A stretch of DNA of 42,605 nt, taken from positions 124,001 to 166,605 of the forward strand of contig MU058134.1 in assembly GCA_013265495.1 (NCBI GenBank), in the 5' to 3' direction. Positions within the stretch are counted from its first letter, which is position 1. Every line of letters starts with the position of its first letter. The stretch is from Vicugna vicugna. Lineage: Eukaryota. Both the position numbers and the translations under genes were made by a program. Below, piece by piece: positions 1 through 13,310 of this stretch. Below the pieces are notes generated by a model that ran no database searches, was not told where the DNA came from, and was given only the letters and a program-made list of their open reading frames with translations.

Positions 1-569
1 TCTGAGCTCAGGTAAAGGCTCAAACTGACGTGATCTAATTGAATTCTAGCTTCATGATTTATGTTTCTGTAACTTTAAAGCAAGTTTCTTAAGTTCTCCT
101 AGTTTCCTATTCTAGAAAAAGTGTTAGATATAATAATTATTATACATCCTAATGATACTGATAAAATGTATTATAGTATAAATAATTACAGTGAAGCCTA
201 CTAACTAAAATTTCTATATTTTGAAGTCAGTAGTCACTAAGAAAGGGAGAAGACAGAAAATGGAAAGAAAAACATTTTAACATTTTTTTATTTTTAAATC
301 CACTCTTAAGGTATAATTTACATACAATAGAATGCACCATTTTAAAACATACAATAGATGACTTTTGACAAAGGTATACACTCATATAAATGCCACCACA
401 TGGGAGAAAGTTGCTAATTTTATTCTTGTACTCAAAGGACAAGATTTTGGCTTTTTTGTGTATTCTCTTCATATTTATATTCTATTTTTTTCCCTTCTGT
501 TCTTTATTATTTGGTATCATTATGTGATTCATTCTGAAGGTATGAGTATGGTTTATATACTTCTATAAT

Positions 570-1095
570 TATTTATTTATTAATTCAACAAATGTTTATC
601 GACCACTTAAAATATACCTGATGCTATCCTAGGCCCTGGAGATTTAACAGTATTTTTTGAAGACACAAATCCCCGTGTCTTTATAAATTGTGTTCTAGTA
701 CCTATACTAGAAAACAGAATGAGTAACTCAACTGTGCACTATGTTAGAGAATGTTAAGTGCTAAGGGTAAAACTTAAGCAGAGATGGAGGAGTAGGAGTC
801 ACAGAATGTGAGCGGGTGGGAGCTGCAATTCTGGGAAGTTGGAAAAGTTGTTACTGAGAAGACACATTTCAGTAATAAGCTGAAGTGAGTGAGGAGGTGG
901 CCATGCCTACGTAAGGAGAAGGAACAGCTAAGGCACAGAAAGCAGGCTTCCCAAGGCTCTCAGGCAGGAGGACGCCTGATGCCGAGTAGAAAGTCACAGC
1001 AACAATGGTGTAAGTGTCACAAACACTTGTGAGAGCTGAACCCTAGCAGAATGAGATGACAAGAGTGGAGATGTGGTGAAGGAAGCCGTTTGGTG
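570..1095 (-). mobile_element. L2 LINE 3' fragment
   Basis: attcaacaaatgtttatcgaccac..cctaggccctggagat..aacag is the typical antisense L2 tail, followed by purine-rich L2-like body. Confidence 0.7.
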
Positions 1096-1099
1096 GGAT

Positions 1100-1370
1100 T
1101 GTTGCCGAACTTCAGTTTCTGTGCCACCGTTGTCAAATTGAAACTCGGAGACAGAGTTTGGATAAAGTAGGCAAAACAGCTTCATTTCCTTGCCAGGCAA
1201 AGGAGGTCACAGTAGGCTAGTGCCTTTAAGTCTGTGAGCCTGATTTGGAGAAGGTGGCTGGGGGCTTTATAGTAAAAGGCCAAGGAGCAGTGCGCCTGGT
1301 AAGAATCAGGGCAAACCCAGAGCTGCATTTTCTTCTTTGATACAATCATGCTGGTGTCAGGGAAAATCTG
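1100..1370 (-). mobile_element. ERV-type LTR fragment
   Basis: Begins TGTTGCCGAA. The stretch ctcggagacagagtttgg..ttgccaggcaaaggagg resembles recalled cetartiodactyl ERV1 LTRs. Confidence 0.55.
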
Positions 1371-2600
1371 GTGACTTAATTTATTTTATTTTTAATTTTA
1401 CTTGATAATTTGTCCCTGATTTCTGACATCCATTTTGATGATAAATCAGTTCTGGCCTTATTGAATCTGTGTTACATATTTTCTGGATCAAGAGTCAATA
1501 GCATAAAGTCACTCCAAGTAACTTATGAAATTTTGATTTGTTATTTATATTTGTTAAATAGGTTATTTCATTATAGATGCTCTTTAACTACATGGAAAAG
1601 GCTTTAAAATTAAAAAGGAAAATCAGAAAATATAATAATATTATAGGATGATTGAAATTATATAGATATGTTTGTATATAAGCAGAGAATAAAGTAAAAC
1701 AATGAGAACTATTTGTAGGTTGAAATTCTGAAATATGTTTTTAAAATTATGTTTTAGAGAGAAAAATTGGAAGAACACAAACTTCTAGAAGACAGTGGTA
1801 GGAAAATCAGATATGAGAGAGGACATGACACAAGTTATAGAAATGCAAGAAGTAGCACAACAGGTTGGATCGATAGGATGTGAAACTTAATACCATGCAC
1901 CTGTTATAAGTAATGGGTTATTTCAAACATAGAGCAGTTTTCCTCAATATTGCTAGCCTCAGTGATTTACTCAAATAGCTTATGTGCCCTAACTGGCAAT
2001 GGAGGTAAAATTACAGCCACAATAAACCTAAAGATGGAAAATTTTTTTTTTCTTAAGGCATAATCCAACCAAGATACTGAAGAGGTCAGGAATCATGGGT
2101 ACAAACTGGTGTCCAAATCAAGAAATGTGTTTGTTTAGGAGAGAATCTCCAAAAGTATCATTTCTAAATTATACAGAGATACTATTTTTCAGTAATTGAG
2201 GTGCATATACATTATATGCACATATATATCCTATACAGATGTATATGCTTAATAAAGTATCTATTAGAATCTCAAATTGTCATATGAAGAAAGAGCTTCA
2301 AGACATTAAAGTGACCTGATCAAAGATCGTAAAGCCAAGTCATTAGTTCTCAGACCTTTGCAGAGAGAACAGTCACTTGAGGTTTTTTTTTTTTTTTGCT
2401 GAAAAGTGTTTTGGCCCACATAGGAAAACCTTGAATCAATGCCCATGGATAAAGCATAAATGTCAACATGAAAAAAAAGTTTCCCAAGTTAGTGTAATTC
2501 ATGAAAAGCTTTGAGAAATAGAGTTATAGTGTTGATGGAATTAGAAATATGAAAGTTGTAATTCAGAGTCCAAATACACTATTATTGCAAGTTACCGTAT

Positions 2601-2618
2601 CCTCAGTTTTCTTTGCAG
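2601..2618 (+). promoter_or_regulatory. Putative splice acceptor of the OR coding exon
   Basis: Pyrimidine tract plus CAG (cctcagttttctttgcag) about 45 nt upstream of the ATG. OR genes typically have 5' UTR introns. Confidence 0.5.
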
Positions 2619-2662
2619 ATGAAACATTTCTCAGCTGTGTCTGCCTTATATTCAGTGTAACT

Positions 2663-3558
2663 ATGGAGATGAATAGCAGTGTGAATGAGTTCATTCTATA
2701 TGAGTTAACATGAGATGTTTTAAGGGAGAAAGTAGTATTTGTGATCTTGCTTCTAAACCTCACAACTCTGTTGGCAAACTTCCTTATTGTGATGACCATA
2801 AGACATAGCCAGACACTTGGGAGCCCCATGTACTTCCTCCTTTTCTGTTTATTCTTTGCTGATTCTTGTTTGTCAACAACCACTGCTCCTAGATTGATTG
2901 TAGATTCTATACCTGAAAAGAAATTCATCTCCTACAATGAGCGTATGACTCAGATCTTTGCAAGTCACATCTTTGGGTGCATGGAGATCTTGGTGCTCAC
3001 CCTTATGTCCTTTGATCGCTATGTGGACATTTTAAGCCCCTGAGATACACAACCATCATGATCCAGTGTGTCTGTTGTGCATTGGGTGGGGTCTTATGTC
3101 CATTCTTCAACACAGATCCTCTTGGCTCTGAAATTACCCTTCTGTGGGCCCAATGTTATCAATCACTATTTCTGTGATATGCAGCCTTTGTTGAAACTTG
3201 CCTGCATGGATACTTACGTCATCAGTCTACTCATTGTGTTTAACAGTGGGGCAATATGCATGGTGAGTTTCACAATGCTGCTTATCTCCTATGTTTTCAT
3301 CTTACATTCTCTGAGTAATCAGAGTGCAGAAGGAAGAAGGAAAGCCCTCTCCACCTGCACCTCCCACATTATTGTTACCATTCTATTCTTTGAACCATGT
3401 ATATTCTCGTACACTCAACCTCTATCTGTATTTCCAGTGGACAAGATGGTGCCTGTGATTACACTATTGGGGCACCCTAACTCAACCCTCTGATTTATAC
3501 TCTGAGGAAAGCAGAAGTCAAAACTGCCATGAGGAAGTTATGGTGCAACAAACTCTGA
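2663..3558 (+). pseudogene. OR4C11: Olfactory receptor pseudogene, OR4C subfamily (closest recalled human gene OR4C11)
   Basis: ATG at 2663 reads MEMNSSVNEFIL. OR motifs follow: LGSPMYF, MSFDRYV, PFCGPNVINHYFCD..PLLKLAC, KALSTCTSH, DKMV and, in a shifted frame, [19 protein letters not shown] ending at TGA 3556-3558. Lesions: in-frame TGA at 2711-2713, frameshift at ~3030, deletion in TM4 at ~3075-3085, frameshift at ~3458. Confidence 0.93.
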
Positions 3559-4454
3559 CTTGAGGTGGCAAAGAGCAGAAGATGCCAATTGCTGTCACAG
3601 TTTAAATAAAATTGGATTGATAGAAAAGACAAAATGTTCTCATTCCAATGTGGACAATGTAATCCTCCTCCAGTGGGACCTTTGGGGGAGTAGGCAGACT
3701 GAGCACAGAGCAAAGATCTATATTATTTTAAGCCAATGTCTCATAGAGTGACAGACCTTTAAGTACAATCATATTTGTGAAAACACAAGCCTTTCCTATG
3801 TATCTGCTGTTTGCGTTGATAGCTCTACTTTTTAGAAGCTTGTGAGCCAGATCCTGTTGTTTCCGTAGTTTGCTTTCTTGATTTTTATATTAATTTGCTT
3901 TGGATTTTTCTTTTTCATATTTCTTATTCAAGTTTGATAATTGAAGGGGAAGAGCATGAATTGCTTCAGGTAAAATAGATACCCTCTCCATAAAAACCAC
4001 ACTTTCAATAAATCAAAATGTTGCAAAAGGTAGTTTTATTGGCAGGTAGTGAACAACCATAAAATCCAGGTCATGTAATTTAATTTTGTTTCATTTTAAG
4101 TAAGCAAAGAGAAGATTTGAAAGAAAAAAAAAGGAGAGAGAAGATTTGGGGACATAAAGACAGGAAAGCAGCAGTTGACAAGATATATGCATTAGATCAG
4201 GTCACCGCCTCAGAATTTTATTATTGAATTCATTGTTTCCAAACCCTCCCGGACCATCCTACCTCTTTGATTAAGGGGTACATCATAGTAGAGGGAGCTA
4301 TTTTCCCTTTATTAATCCTTAAGTTATACTTTCACTTGTTAAAATTTTAAACAGTTCAAATATATTTGATGCCAAAAGTCTTCCATTTTTTTCCTCTGGA
4401 TAAATAAGCATCTGCCTCTATCTCTTATGCTCCTATATTACTATGTGGCTTTTC

Positions 4455-4505
4455 ATATATATATATATATTTTTTTTCATATGTATACACACACACACAC
4501 ACACA
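4455..4505. repeat. Compound (TA)n/(CA)n microsatellite
   Basis: Directly visible. Confidence 0.9.
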
Positions 4506-6304
4506 ATTAATTGAATAAGGCAATCCTGGATTATATGTTATTCCTGATCTGTAATCTGATCATTTAAACAAGTTTTCACTTGTGTTATTTCATTTGACCT
4601 GCACATTTTATTTTTTTGCAAGGTAAATGTGGTAATTTGCTGTGTCCTTTTCTAGATACAAAGTTTGATTTGTGCTACAGGAGTTTTATCTAAGACAGGT
4701 GAGAACTAGAAAGGGATGTGACTAGATAGCCTCCCTCTGTAGCATTCATGCTACATGTCATATAAAATATTAAATACAAAGATGCATCTTAGAAAAGAGA
4801 AATTCTGAGCCATCAAAAAAGGATGATAATTGATACCTTAAACTTCTGTCCTGACTTCAAAATCAAGTTCTTTAAACTGCATGTTGAGGCTAATATCAAA
4901 GCAGAAAATAAATGCCTAAATAAATCATACTGAAGAGGAACAAAGGAACAAAGACTAAATAAAGTCAGAACAAGAGAGAGGAGAGTGAGAGTGAGCAGAC
5001 ATGAGGGAAAGAAGAGTCAGGGGGTAGGATACAGAAAGACATAGTAAAGGGAGGTGAGCAAAAAATGTTAGAGAGGGTAGTTTGACCCAAGATTTCATCA
5101 CAAAGTTCAGCTTCTTTCCCCCTGACCCACGTCACACCATCACTTTCCCCCAAAGCAAAGAGGGAATGTGGTCATAAGTAAAAAGTTGTCAAGGGTCCTG
5201 AAAACCCAAGTGTGTAGAAAGTGCAGTATTATCATGGACTTTGTCCCAGAAACATCACCACTGACCTAAAACTTCATATGAGAGGATTCCGGAGATAGAA
5301 ACTTCTACCAAGCTGGCCTCAATGCCATGGTGCAGTCATTGCCTCGTTTGTGAGCAGAGATGCATTTGAGAGACGGTGTACTTTTACACGGAGGTCAGGG
5401 GGGCTTAGGAACGCTGGGCCATCACAACCCTTCACTGGTGACAATACCGCCCAGGAGCTCCTCTGCTTGTTAGAAGACACACTGAGTAAAGATTCTAAGA
5501 CAGAAATTTTCAGAAGGCAATTGGAAGAATTTCAGACAGATTGAAATACTTGCTTCTTTTCTTAGGACCAAATAGATGACTTCCAATCAAGTATATTTTT
5601 CATATCTTCAACTTTAATTTACTTACAAGGTGAATTATATGAAGTCTGAATAAAATACACAAACTATACTTCATTAAGATTTATCAGTGCCTTCTACCAC
5701 AAGAGGTTATGGGACGTAAGGAGATTTGGGGAAAGGAACTCTTCATGTGGCCATACTTCTCAGGTTTCTCCCCAGAAGCCCTGGATTAGAGAACAACAGT
5801 GTCTGTATTGGAGTAGAGAGGAGGGTCATGTAAAATGGAGTAAATTTCTTAATTTGGTTCTTGCATACTTTATGGAGAAAACTATTTCTGTGTTCTGAGA
5901 AATGTCTATGAAGCCTTGTCTCTTCTCACAATACCTTTTTTTGAAAATCATGAGTTTAAGTGTTTTCTTTTTACTACATTGGACATTAATTATAACTCCC
6001 ACAAAAGTTTACATTTCCTAAGGCAGGGTTTCAGCCTCAGGAGCTCCAAGTAAACTATTTCTCCCAGCCCAGTTCCAAAGGATATTCCATGAGCTACCTA
6101 GCTCACACAGTCCAGGGACAAAAGCAAACTTTGGGGCAATTAGTTAAACTTCAACCCATATGACTTGATATGAGGAAAATGCTCCCTTCTCTATAGGATT
6201 TCCTTAAGCCCATCTCTTCTAGAGGCATGGAAGCCTTTGGAGCCAGTTAAAGACTCAGATAAATGAAGCATGTGGTAGACTTGAATCCTGGCCTCACCAC
6301 TGCT

Positions 6305-6708
6305 ATGTGAATTTAAGCCAGTTTCTCAACCTCTTGAATTTCCTATTTTCTGTTTGTAAGAAACATATAGTAATAATCAATATTTATTTTATATTATTAA
6401 TGTTCCATTTTTACATTTTTTATCTATGTTTTTAAAGCAATGTAGAGAGTAAGACAAGAAGGAAGGAAAATGAATGGAATTCTTGAATACTTTGTCTTAC
6501 GTATTTAATGTGAATTTAAGCCAGTTTCTCAACCTCTTGAATTTCCTATTTTCTTTTTGTAAGAAACATCTAGTAATAATATTTATTTTACATTATTAAT
6601 GTTCAGTTCTTACATTTCTAATCTTACCTATGTTTTTAAATCAATGTAGAGAGTAAGATAAGGAGGAAGGAAAATGAATGGGATTCTTGAATACTTGTCT
6701 TATGTATT
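6305..6708 (+). repeat. Direct tandem duplication, two copies of ~203 bp
   Basis: atgtgaatttaagccagtttctcaacctcttgaatttcctattttct starts at both 6305 and 6508. The copies stay similar through to gaatacttgtctta.gtattt, with scattered substitutions and indels. Confidence 0.93.
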
Positions 6709-6727
6709 TTTTCTTTTTTTAAAGAAC

Positions 6728-6848
6728 ATTTTATTTTATTTTATTTTATTTTATTTTATTTTATTGTTTTCCCTTAATTCAGAGGATTGAACCCAGGACC
6801 TCAAGCACACCAAGCACATGCTTTATCACTGGGTTATGCTCTGCCCCA
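6728..6848 (-). mobile_element. tRNA-derived SINE (camelid Vic-1-like) with (TAAAA)n tail
   Basis: The reverse complement reads ggggcagagcataacccagtgataaagcatgtgcttgg..gaggtcctgggttcaatcc, with A-box-like and B-box (GGTTCAATCC) motifs and an A-rich tail. Confidence 0.8.
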
Positions 6849-7294
6849 CTGACCGACCCCTGCTTTTTCTTTTTCTTTTTTAAAATATATGTCCTTCCAC
6901 TTGCAGGAAAGAGAATTAGATCTTTGCTTTTGGATGGTTACAAGCTATTCAAGGTGAGATAGATTACATTACAAAAGTGCTTTCTCACATGGGAGACCAT
7001 GTTACAACCCAGCATTCTGGTCTAAGAACTGCCTGTAAGGTATGACATGGCCTTCAGTGACGGTGAAGTGAGAGGTCCAGGGTATGTTTAGGTGGAAGGG
7101 GAGAGGAGGGGACAGGAATTGAGGTTGGAGTATGCCATGGATGGATTACACCATGCTTTGCACTTTTGCTGCAGGGCTAGTTGCAACTAGCAAGCCCAAG
7201 TGTCTCAGAGAAACATTGTAGAGAAAGTAACATTCCAATGCCTGGCCTTTTTTTGTTGCAAATGGACTGGAAGAATCTGAAGAAGGGTTTTAGG

Positions 7295-7445
7295 TGTGTC
7301 ACTTAAAAGTATTTGAGCCTCAGCTTCCCCATCAATTGAATGGGAATATGAAGACTTACTTTTAAAAACTTTCTATAAATACTAAAATGTGTAACATATG
7401 AAAAGAAAGAATGCCTGGCTCAAAGAAAGTACAGGAAAAATATTT
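7295..7445 (+). mobile_element. MIR SINE fragment
   Basis: Core-like tcactta..tgagcctcagcttccccatc..aatgggaat, then gcctggc..aaaga. Confidence 0.6.
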
Positions 7446-8532
7446 ATGTATTTTTATCAATTCTCCTTAAATATTACAAATAGAGAAAGTGAAATAAATC
7501 ACCCATGTCACATAGTTAATCAGTAACAGAACTGAGCCTGGAATCCAAATATTTTAACAAGTCTTATGAATCTAAATCTTATTAATTTTAATATGACATA
7601 CACAGTGATTTTATAAAATTTCCCAGCTGGATACATAAGAACAGCCATGGAGAGGGCTCCTGCATTACACTCCCCAGGCCCAGAGCCCTGAATGAACACC
7701 GCCTTTGAGGGAATGGCTAAGCTGTTCAGTTCTGGTGGCAGAAGATTTTCCAAAGGGCAGTTTCAAAGGAGAGCATTGAGCTGGACAAAGGCAGGAAGGT
7801 GAGTCAGTGATCTCTGGAAGTTCTTTCAATCTGAGTGAATTGACTCTGAGTGCATTAAAGTTCATTGCAGACTGAATGATTAGATTACACAACTGGAATC
7901 CGGGTTCTGTTATATCAAGACCAGAATTTTACTGAATGCAGTTGGCAATGGTTATTCCATCACAGAAACTGTGAAAATAGGGATAAATGACAACTGAGGT
8001 TTCTACTATCTTGAGTTTGTCCACCCCTGCCTCACATGTAGTCTTGGGATAAATTAGGGCCCTAATTTAAACTCTGTTCAATGAAAGTTGTAGCTTCCTA
8101 AAGTAAGGTTTCCAATGAATAATACAGACCTTTTGGCCAGATTAAACCCACTCTAACATCCAAATTTGAGGTAGTAGACAATGTTATTGAAATAAGAAAT
8201 ATCTTCAGGATAAAAGTCAAATCACTAAAAGCAAAATTTAATTTTGTAGGAGATAAAATTGAGAATAAAAATGAGAAAAATAGTGGATAGACAAAAAAAG
8301 TCTTTATTTTCTATTAGAATTTTTAGACATTAGATTTAGATCTGGGGAAATTAACTAGAATACAGAATTATTTTGATTACTCTGGTCTGTGTTATATCAT
8401 AGCAAGAATTATAGTTTCATCAATATCAAAATGCTAATACAAGCAATAACTATCTCACTTGGCCAAATTGAAATATTAGTGTATTAATGTTAAAGATAAG
8501 TTTAAATTTGAATATGGAAAGATATCTCACTT

Positions 8533-8790
8533 ATTCATTTATTCAACAGATATTTATTGAGCCCCTACATCAGGCTGTTCTAGACACTAATTTTACATCA
8601 ATCAACAAATAAAAAAAAATTCCTTGCTTCATAGCTTACATTATATGAGAGAAGGCAGACAAAAGTAATAATAGTAAGTAAACAAAATATATGGTATATT
8701 AGAAAGTGATGAGGTCTCTCAAAAAATACGAGTAGTTAGGGAGGGGGTTCATGAAATCCAAGGTGCAAGTTGCTATTTTTAAACACTTGA
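8533..8790 (-). mobile_element. L2 LINE 3' fragment
   Basis: attcatttattcaacagatatttattgagcccctac..caggctgttctagacact. Confidence 0.75.
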
Positions 8791-9282
8791 AATAGAGATG
8801 TGATACAAGAACGCCTACAGTTGAGGTTCTGTGAATGCTCTAATCCCTTCTATTCCTGAGTCAAGATTTTTTTCATCAGTCACTGAAATCTGCATCCTAA
8901 ATATACAGGATTTTTCATGTGAAATAGTTTGAGTAAGTTTCCATTTCTAATCTCTAAGATAGTTTTGTCTTCCCTCCACAAAGGTTTTCGAAAACATCTA
9001 ATGAGTGGCAAGAAGTCTGGGAGATAATGTCTCATTTCATTCTTTTTTGACATTTAAATTACAAGTAAGCATAGAATTCAACTCTTTTCAATTTACATTT
9101 GAGGATGCTGAGCTGCCAAATCAGAGTTCATAAGTAATTTAAGGGGAAAAACATTATTTCCTGACCCTTATGTTAATGCTTTTTACACTACATTGCTTTA
9201 CCACTTGCCAAACAAGACTCACCCACATAGAGTGTTTGTCTAATAAGAAAATTTGAATTTTTAATCTTAACTTTAAATTTTT

Positions 9283-10229
9283 TCAAAGATCAATGTTTTA
9301 TTTTTCATTAGCCACTATTATTCTGTTCCACACTTTCCTCATGGCATCTTTCACTTCCTTATTCCTGAAAGTGTAAATCAAAGAATTGAGCAAGGGAGTT
9401 AGGATGGTACAAAATATGGCTACCATTTTGTCAAAGGAGAACGCAGATGGAGGTCGTGCATACACAAATATGCATGGGACAAAGAACAAAACCACAACAG
9501 CAATGTGAGATCCGCAGGTAGAGAGAGCGCTCTGCTGCCCTTCAGTACTACAGGTTCTCAGAGAGAACAAGATGACCCTATAGGAGATGAGCAACAAGAA
9601 GATAAGGATGCAGATGAACCCACTGTTGGCAACCACCAAAAGGCCAAAGATGTGAGTGTCAGTGCAGGCAAGCTCCAGTAATGGGTATAAGTCACACATG
9701 AAGTGATCGATGACATTGGGGGCACAGAAGGGCAGCTGGAAAGTGAAGAGAATTTGCATTGTGGAATGAATGCAGGAAGCCCCCTGTCCAGGCTGCCCCT
9801 GTCAGAATGCTGCAGAGCCTCTGGCTCATGATAGAAGAGTAGTGCAGGGGTTTGCAGATGGCCACATAGCGGTCATAGGCCATGGCCGTGAGGACAGTCA
9901 CCTCTGCTCCAGCAAAGAAGTGCTCAGCAAAGAGCTGGATCATACAGCCTTCAAAGGAGATGGTTTTCCTCTCAGAGAGAGAGTCCACGATTATCTTTGG
10001 GGCAATGGCGGAGGAGAAGCATGCATCCACGACGGACAGAAAAGCCAAGAAGAAGTACATGGGGGAGCCCAGGAGTGCTGGGCTGCTGCTGATGGTCACC
10101 ACCATTAGCAAGTTGCCCCGACAGTTGTGATGTAGCCAAACAAAAACACAACAAATATTATTTTCTCAATATTTGGACTTTGTGAAAGCCCCACGAGTAC
10201 AAACTCGTTACAAAGCTTTGGTTTTGCAT
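9283..10229 (-). pseudogene. OR4C15: Olfactory receptor pseudogene, OR4C15-like
   Basis: Starts MQNQSFVT at 10229. Contains [37 protein letters not shown] and [12 protein letters not shown]. Lesions: 1-nt deletions at ~10207 and ~10117, and a 4-nt duplication (gaatgaat, 9764-9771). The TAA at 9298-9300 lies five codons before a likely ancestral TGA at 9283-9285. Confidence 0.95.
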
Positions 10230-12239
10230 GATTTCCAAGAAAAGGGTGAAAGCTACTACAGTGAGCATGTAGAAACTACAATTATGAGAAAGAAAAATCT
10301 ATCTTATACCAGTTTATGGAATTATCATTGTCAATGAGTTTGTTCATCCATATGAAAAATTATCTAATGTACTTGTGCTTCTCTTGTCATTGACAACAAC
10401 AACAACAAAAGGAAGTTTTAAGGCAGCAGTGGGATGTCAGGAAGGATGGGATAAATTATTAAATACTTTAAGATCATCAGAGCTTCAGAATAGGGGAAAG
10501 ATGGCGATCCAGTGCGGTAGGGATGAGAAATATATATTTTTTTTATCTCAGCTGTTAACTCTGATCACGTAGTAGTGGTTTCCTGAAGTGAACTGGGAGA
10601 AGGATTCTGTACTCACATCCAAGTTTTCTGGAAAGGAGGAAGGCAGTTTATTAATCACAACTGCCAGGTGCTTGGAACAGGAGCGGGGATGACCTGCATG
10701 CCATCCCTGACCAGGAATCATCCTTATCTGCAAATAGAAGAAGAAATAACACCCAGTTTAAGAAGTGCTCGGAAATAATGGCTATTCCCCCAATTATTTC
10801 TTTAAAAGTCTGAAGTGAATTGAGCCTTTAAGATTAATTAATCAATTCTTTATAAAAGAGAAAGATCAATGGGAAGTCACTCTGCTGTAGACTAATATAT
10901 AACAAGGATGCATGTGTTGAGTTGGTTTTTTTCCACTCATTGAAAACAAAAACAGAAGTTGACAAAAAATAATAACACCTACTAAAGAGTATTGTTATTA
11001 TAACTAAGTTTAATAATGCAAGGAAGCATTTGTTCAGGGTCTAGTGTGTAAGAAACAGTCCATGTTAGGTCTTATTACCCCATTTTACTGGTAGAAAATA
11101 CATGCCATTTTAAAGAGATAAAAATCAAAGAAATAATAGGTGCTGGGTCTCAAATGTTAACCCAGACCCCTGGCTCCAACGTCTAAGTCCTTTCCACTGG
11201 ATCTACAGGGAAAGAAGCACTTTTCTAGCAAGAGCTTCAGTGCAGAGGTGGCCTTTGTAGGGTTGCTATCCACTTGAGAGGTTAAAACCTTCTGATTCCT
11301 TTGTTCATGTTTGAATGATGCCTCTTCTTGAAGGACACTGAGCAAATGATGTAGAATCAGAAGGTAATGGCCCAATTACTTACAGACACAAACTAGCAAC
11401 AACCACATAGGTAAGGAATATAAATAATATGGTGAATATAGTCGGAGCCTTGAGGCTTCAACTATTTGCTAATTATTTATACTATATGTCCCAGTCTGAT
11501 CAAGTACAGCTTGGCAAAATAAACATGTTTCTTAAATTTATATGACTATTGTAATGTAGGGAGGTTCGTATATAACCTTTATGTTCATCTCACAGGATTA
11601 TAATGAGGGTCAAATTGAAAAATGTGAAACTGTTGCTTTTGATAAAATGTCCATACCAGTTTTAGTCACTTTTCTCTCACTTAAAAATCCTGACACCTTA
11701 CCCACAGACAGTTTTCCCTTGAGTTATCAAGGTTTTGACATAACCTATCCAGGATACTCCAAATTATGATGTCATTTTTCATAGCAAGACACATCTTTGA
11801 ATAATGATTGTGTCCTTACTTGTACATGTAAGAGACATTCACCAGTCAAATGACATGTGTGTGTGTACAAATAGGCAAGTAAAAGAATAATGAGGCTTTC
11901 TGTAAAAATCAAAAGATAAGTTTTTTTTAATGAATGACAGCTAACAAAAATAATTGAAAATTTTAATAAAACTAACAAATATAGAAGTGTGTATAGTACT
12001 ATCTGTCCATTTGTTTACTTTGAAATAACCATCTTCATTATGTTTCCAGGGCACCAGACATTCCTAAACAGTGCTTGCATTACGAACTCCATATCCAGCT
12101 ACAGACTGCCATCAAGAAAACAAGATTATAAAACAAACCTATAAGATCATTGGATCAGTCAATGCCCATTTACCAAAAAGTAAAGAATGTCAATGTATGT
12201 TACAACAGTTATCAGCTTATCCTCAGATCAAGAGAGATG

Positions 12240-12360
12240 ATGGAATGAAATGATTAAGAACACCAGCTCCAGGTGCACAGAGACCTCGGTACAAATCCAG
12301 GCTCTTCTACTAAGGTAGATTATGTGATAAGAAAAGTTACTTAAAATTCTCAAGGACTCA
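12240..12360 (+). mobile_element. MIR SINE fragment
   Basis: gattaagaacac..gacctcggtacaaatccaggctcttctact..tgtga..aagttacttaa. Confidence 0.6.
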
Positions 12361-13039
12361 GATTCTATTCTGGAACTGGGTATAATAATAGTGCCTCCTG
12401 AGAGAGTCCTTGCGAAAATCAGATAAGGCTGTGCTCATAAAACCATTTATGCATTTAGATGCACTGGAGGAAATTATGATAAATGGTAAGAACAAGCCCC
12501 CAAAGCAATTGACACAGAGCAGAAATAAGAATGTTTTTATTCCTAATTTCTGCTTTACCATGACCAAGGCTGAAAAATACCTTTATTCATTTTTTACTTA
12601 TTCACAAATATAAAATATTTTCTTGGTCACAGTGCAGAAATTGTATGGTTTAAATCTGTAATACTTTTAAATATCTTTAATTATCTCTGAAATAAATGAT
12701 TGTGGCCTTCAGACCCCGTGAGTCCACCATTTTTTCAGGCAGCTTCATTTTACAAATAAAATCAAATAGAATGAAGGGTGGAAAGGAAGACCAAGGTTCT
12801 ATATTAATCTAACAATTAAATAATTCTTAGGCTCTCTACTTCCTTACTTGGGGAGTTTCTCCGAGAAACACTATTTTAGAATCAAAATGCTCATTAAATA
12901 TAAACAAATCAAGCCTTTCTTTTTTTCAGATAAAATAAATTTCTAACATTATTGTTAAAGCTTTGACAATGGAGAGTATGGTGTCCTCAGAGTTTATGAT
13001 CACAAGGTTTTTGATTTGAAATAGTTTAAAAAATAATTA

Positions 13040-13310
13040 CCCTAAATGCATTTTGTTGTCCTGGATTGAATCCTAGAACAGAAAAGGGACAATAGTGGAA
13101 AAATTAGTGAAATGTGAATAAAATCTGGTGTTTCATTAAGAGTAATATATCAACATTCATGTCATAGTTTTGATAAATATACTCCTGGTAATGTTAGGTG
13201 ATAATTATGAAGGAAAAATAACTGAGGAGGAGAAACCAGAACCCTCTATAAGATCTTGCAACTTTTCTATTAAACTAAAATTACTCCAAAGTAAAAAGCT
13301 AATTTAAAAT
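13040..13310 (+). mobile_element. Old L1 (L1MC/ME-like) 3' end
   Basis: tcctggattgaatcctagaacagaaaagggaca..cttgcaacttttct..aaactaaaattactccaaa resembles ancient L1 3' UTR. Confidence 0.6.

Noticed and set aside
6780..6848. tRNA-like sequence, also at ~30780-30840
   Set aside because: Degenerate, with an A-rich tail and no complete cloverleaf; these are SINE heads, not tRNA genes.
9770..10130. Plus-strand ORFs here, and similar ones at 2563-2928 (-) and 23184-23640 (+)
   Set aside because: Antisense shadows of the OR pseudogenes.
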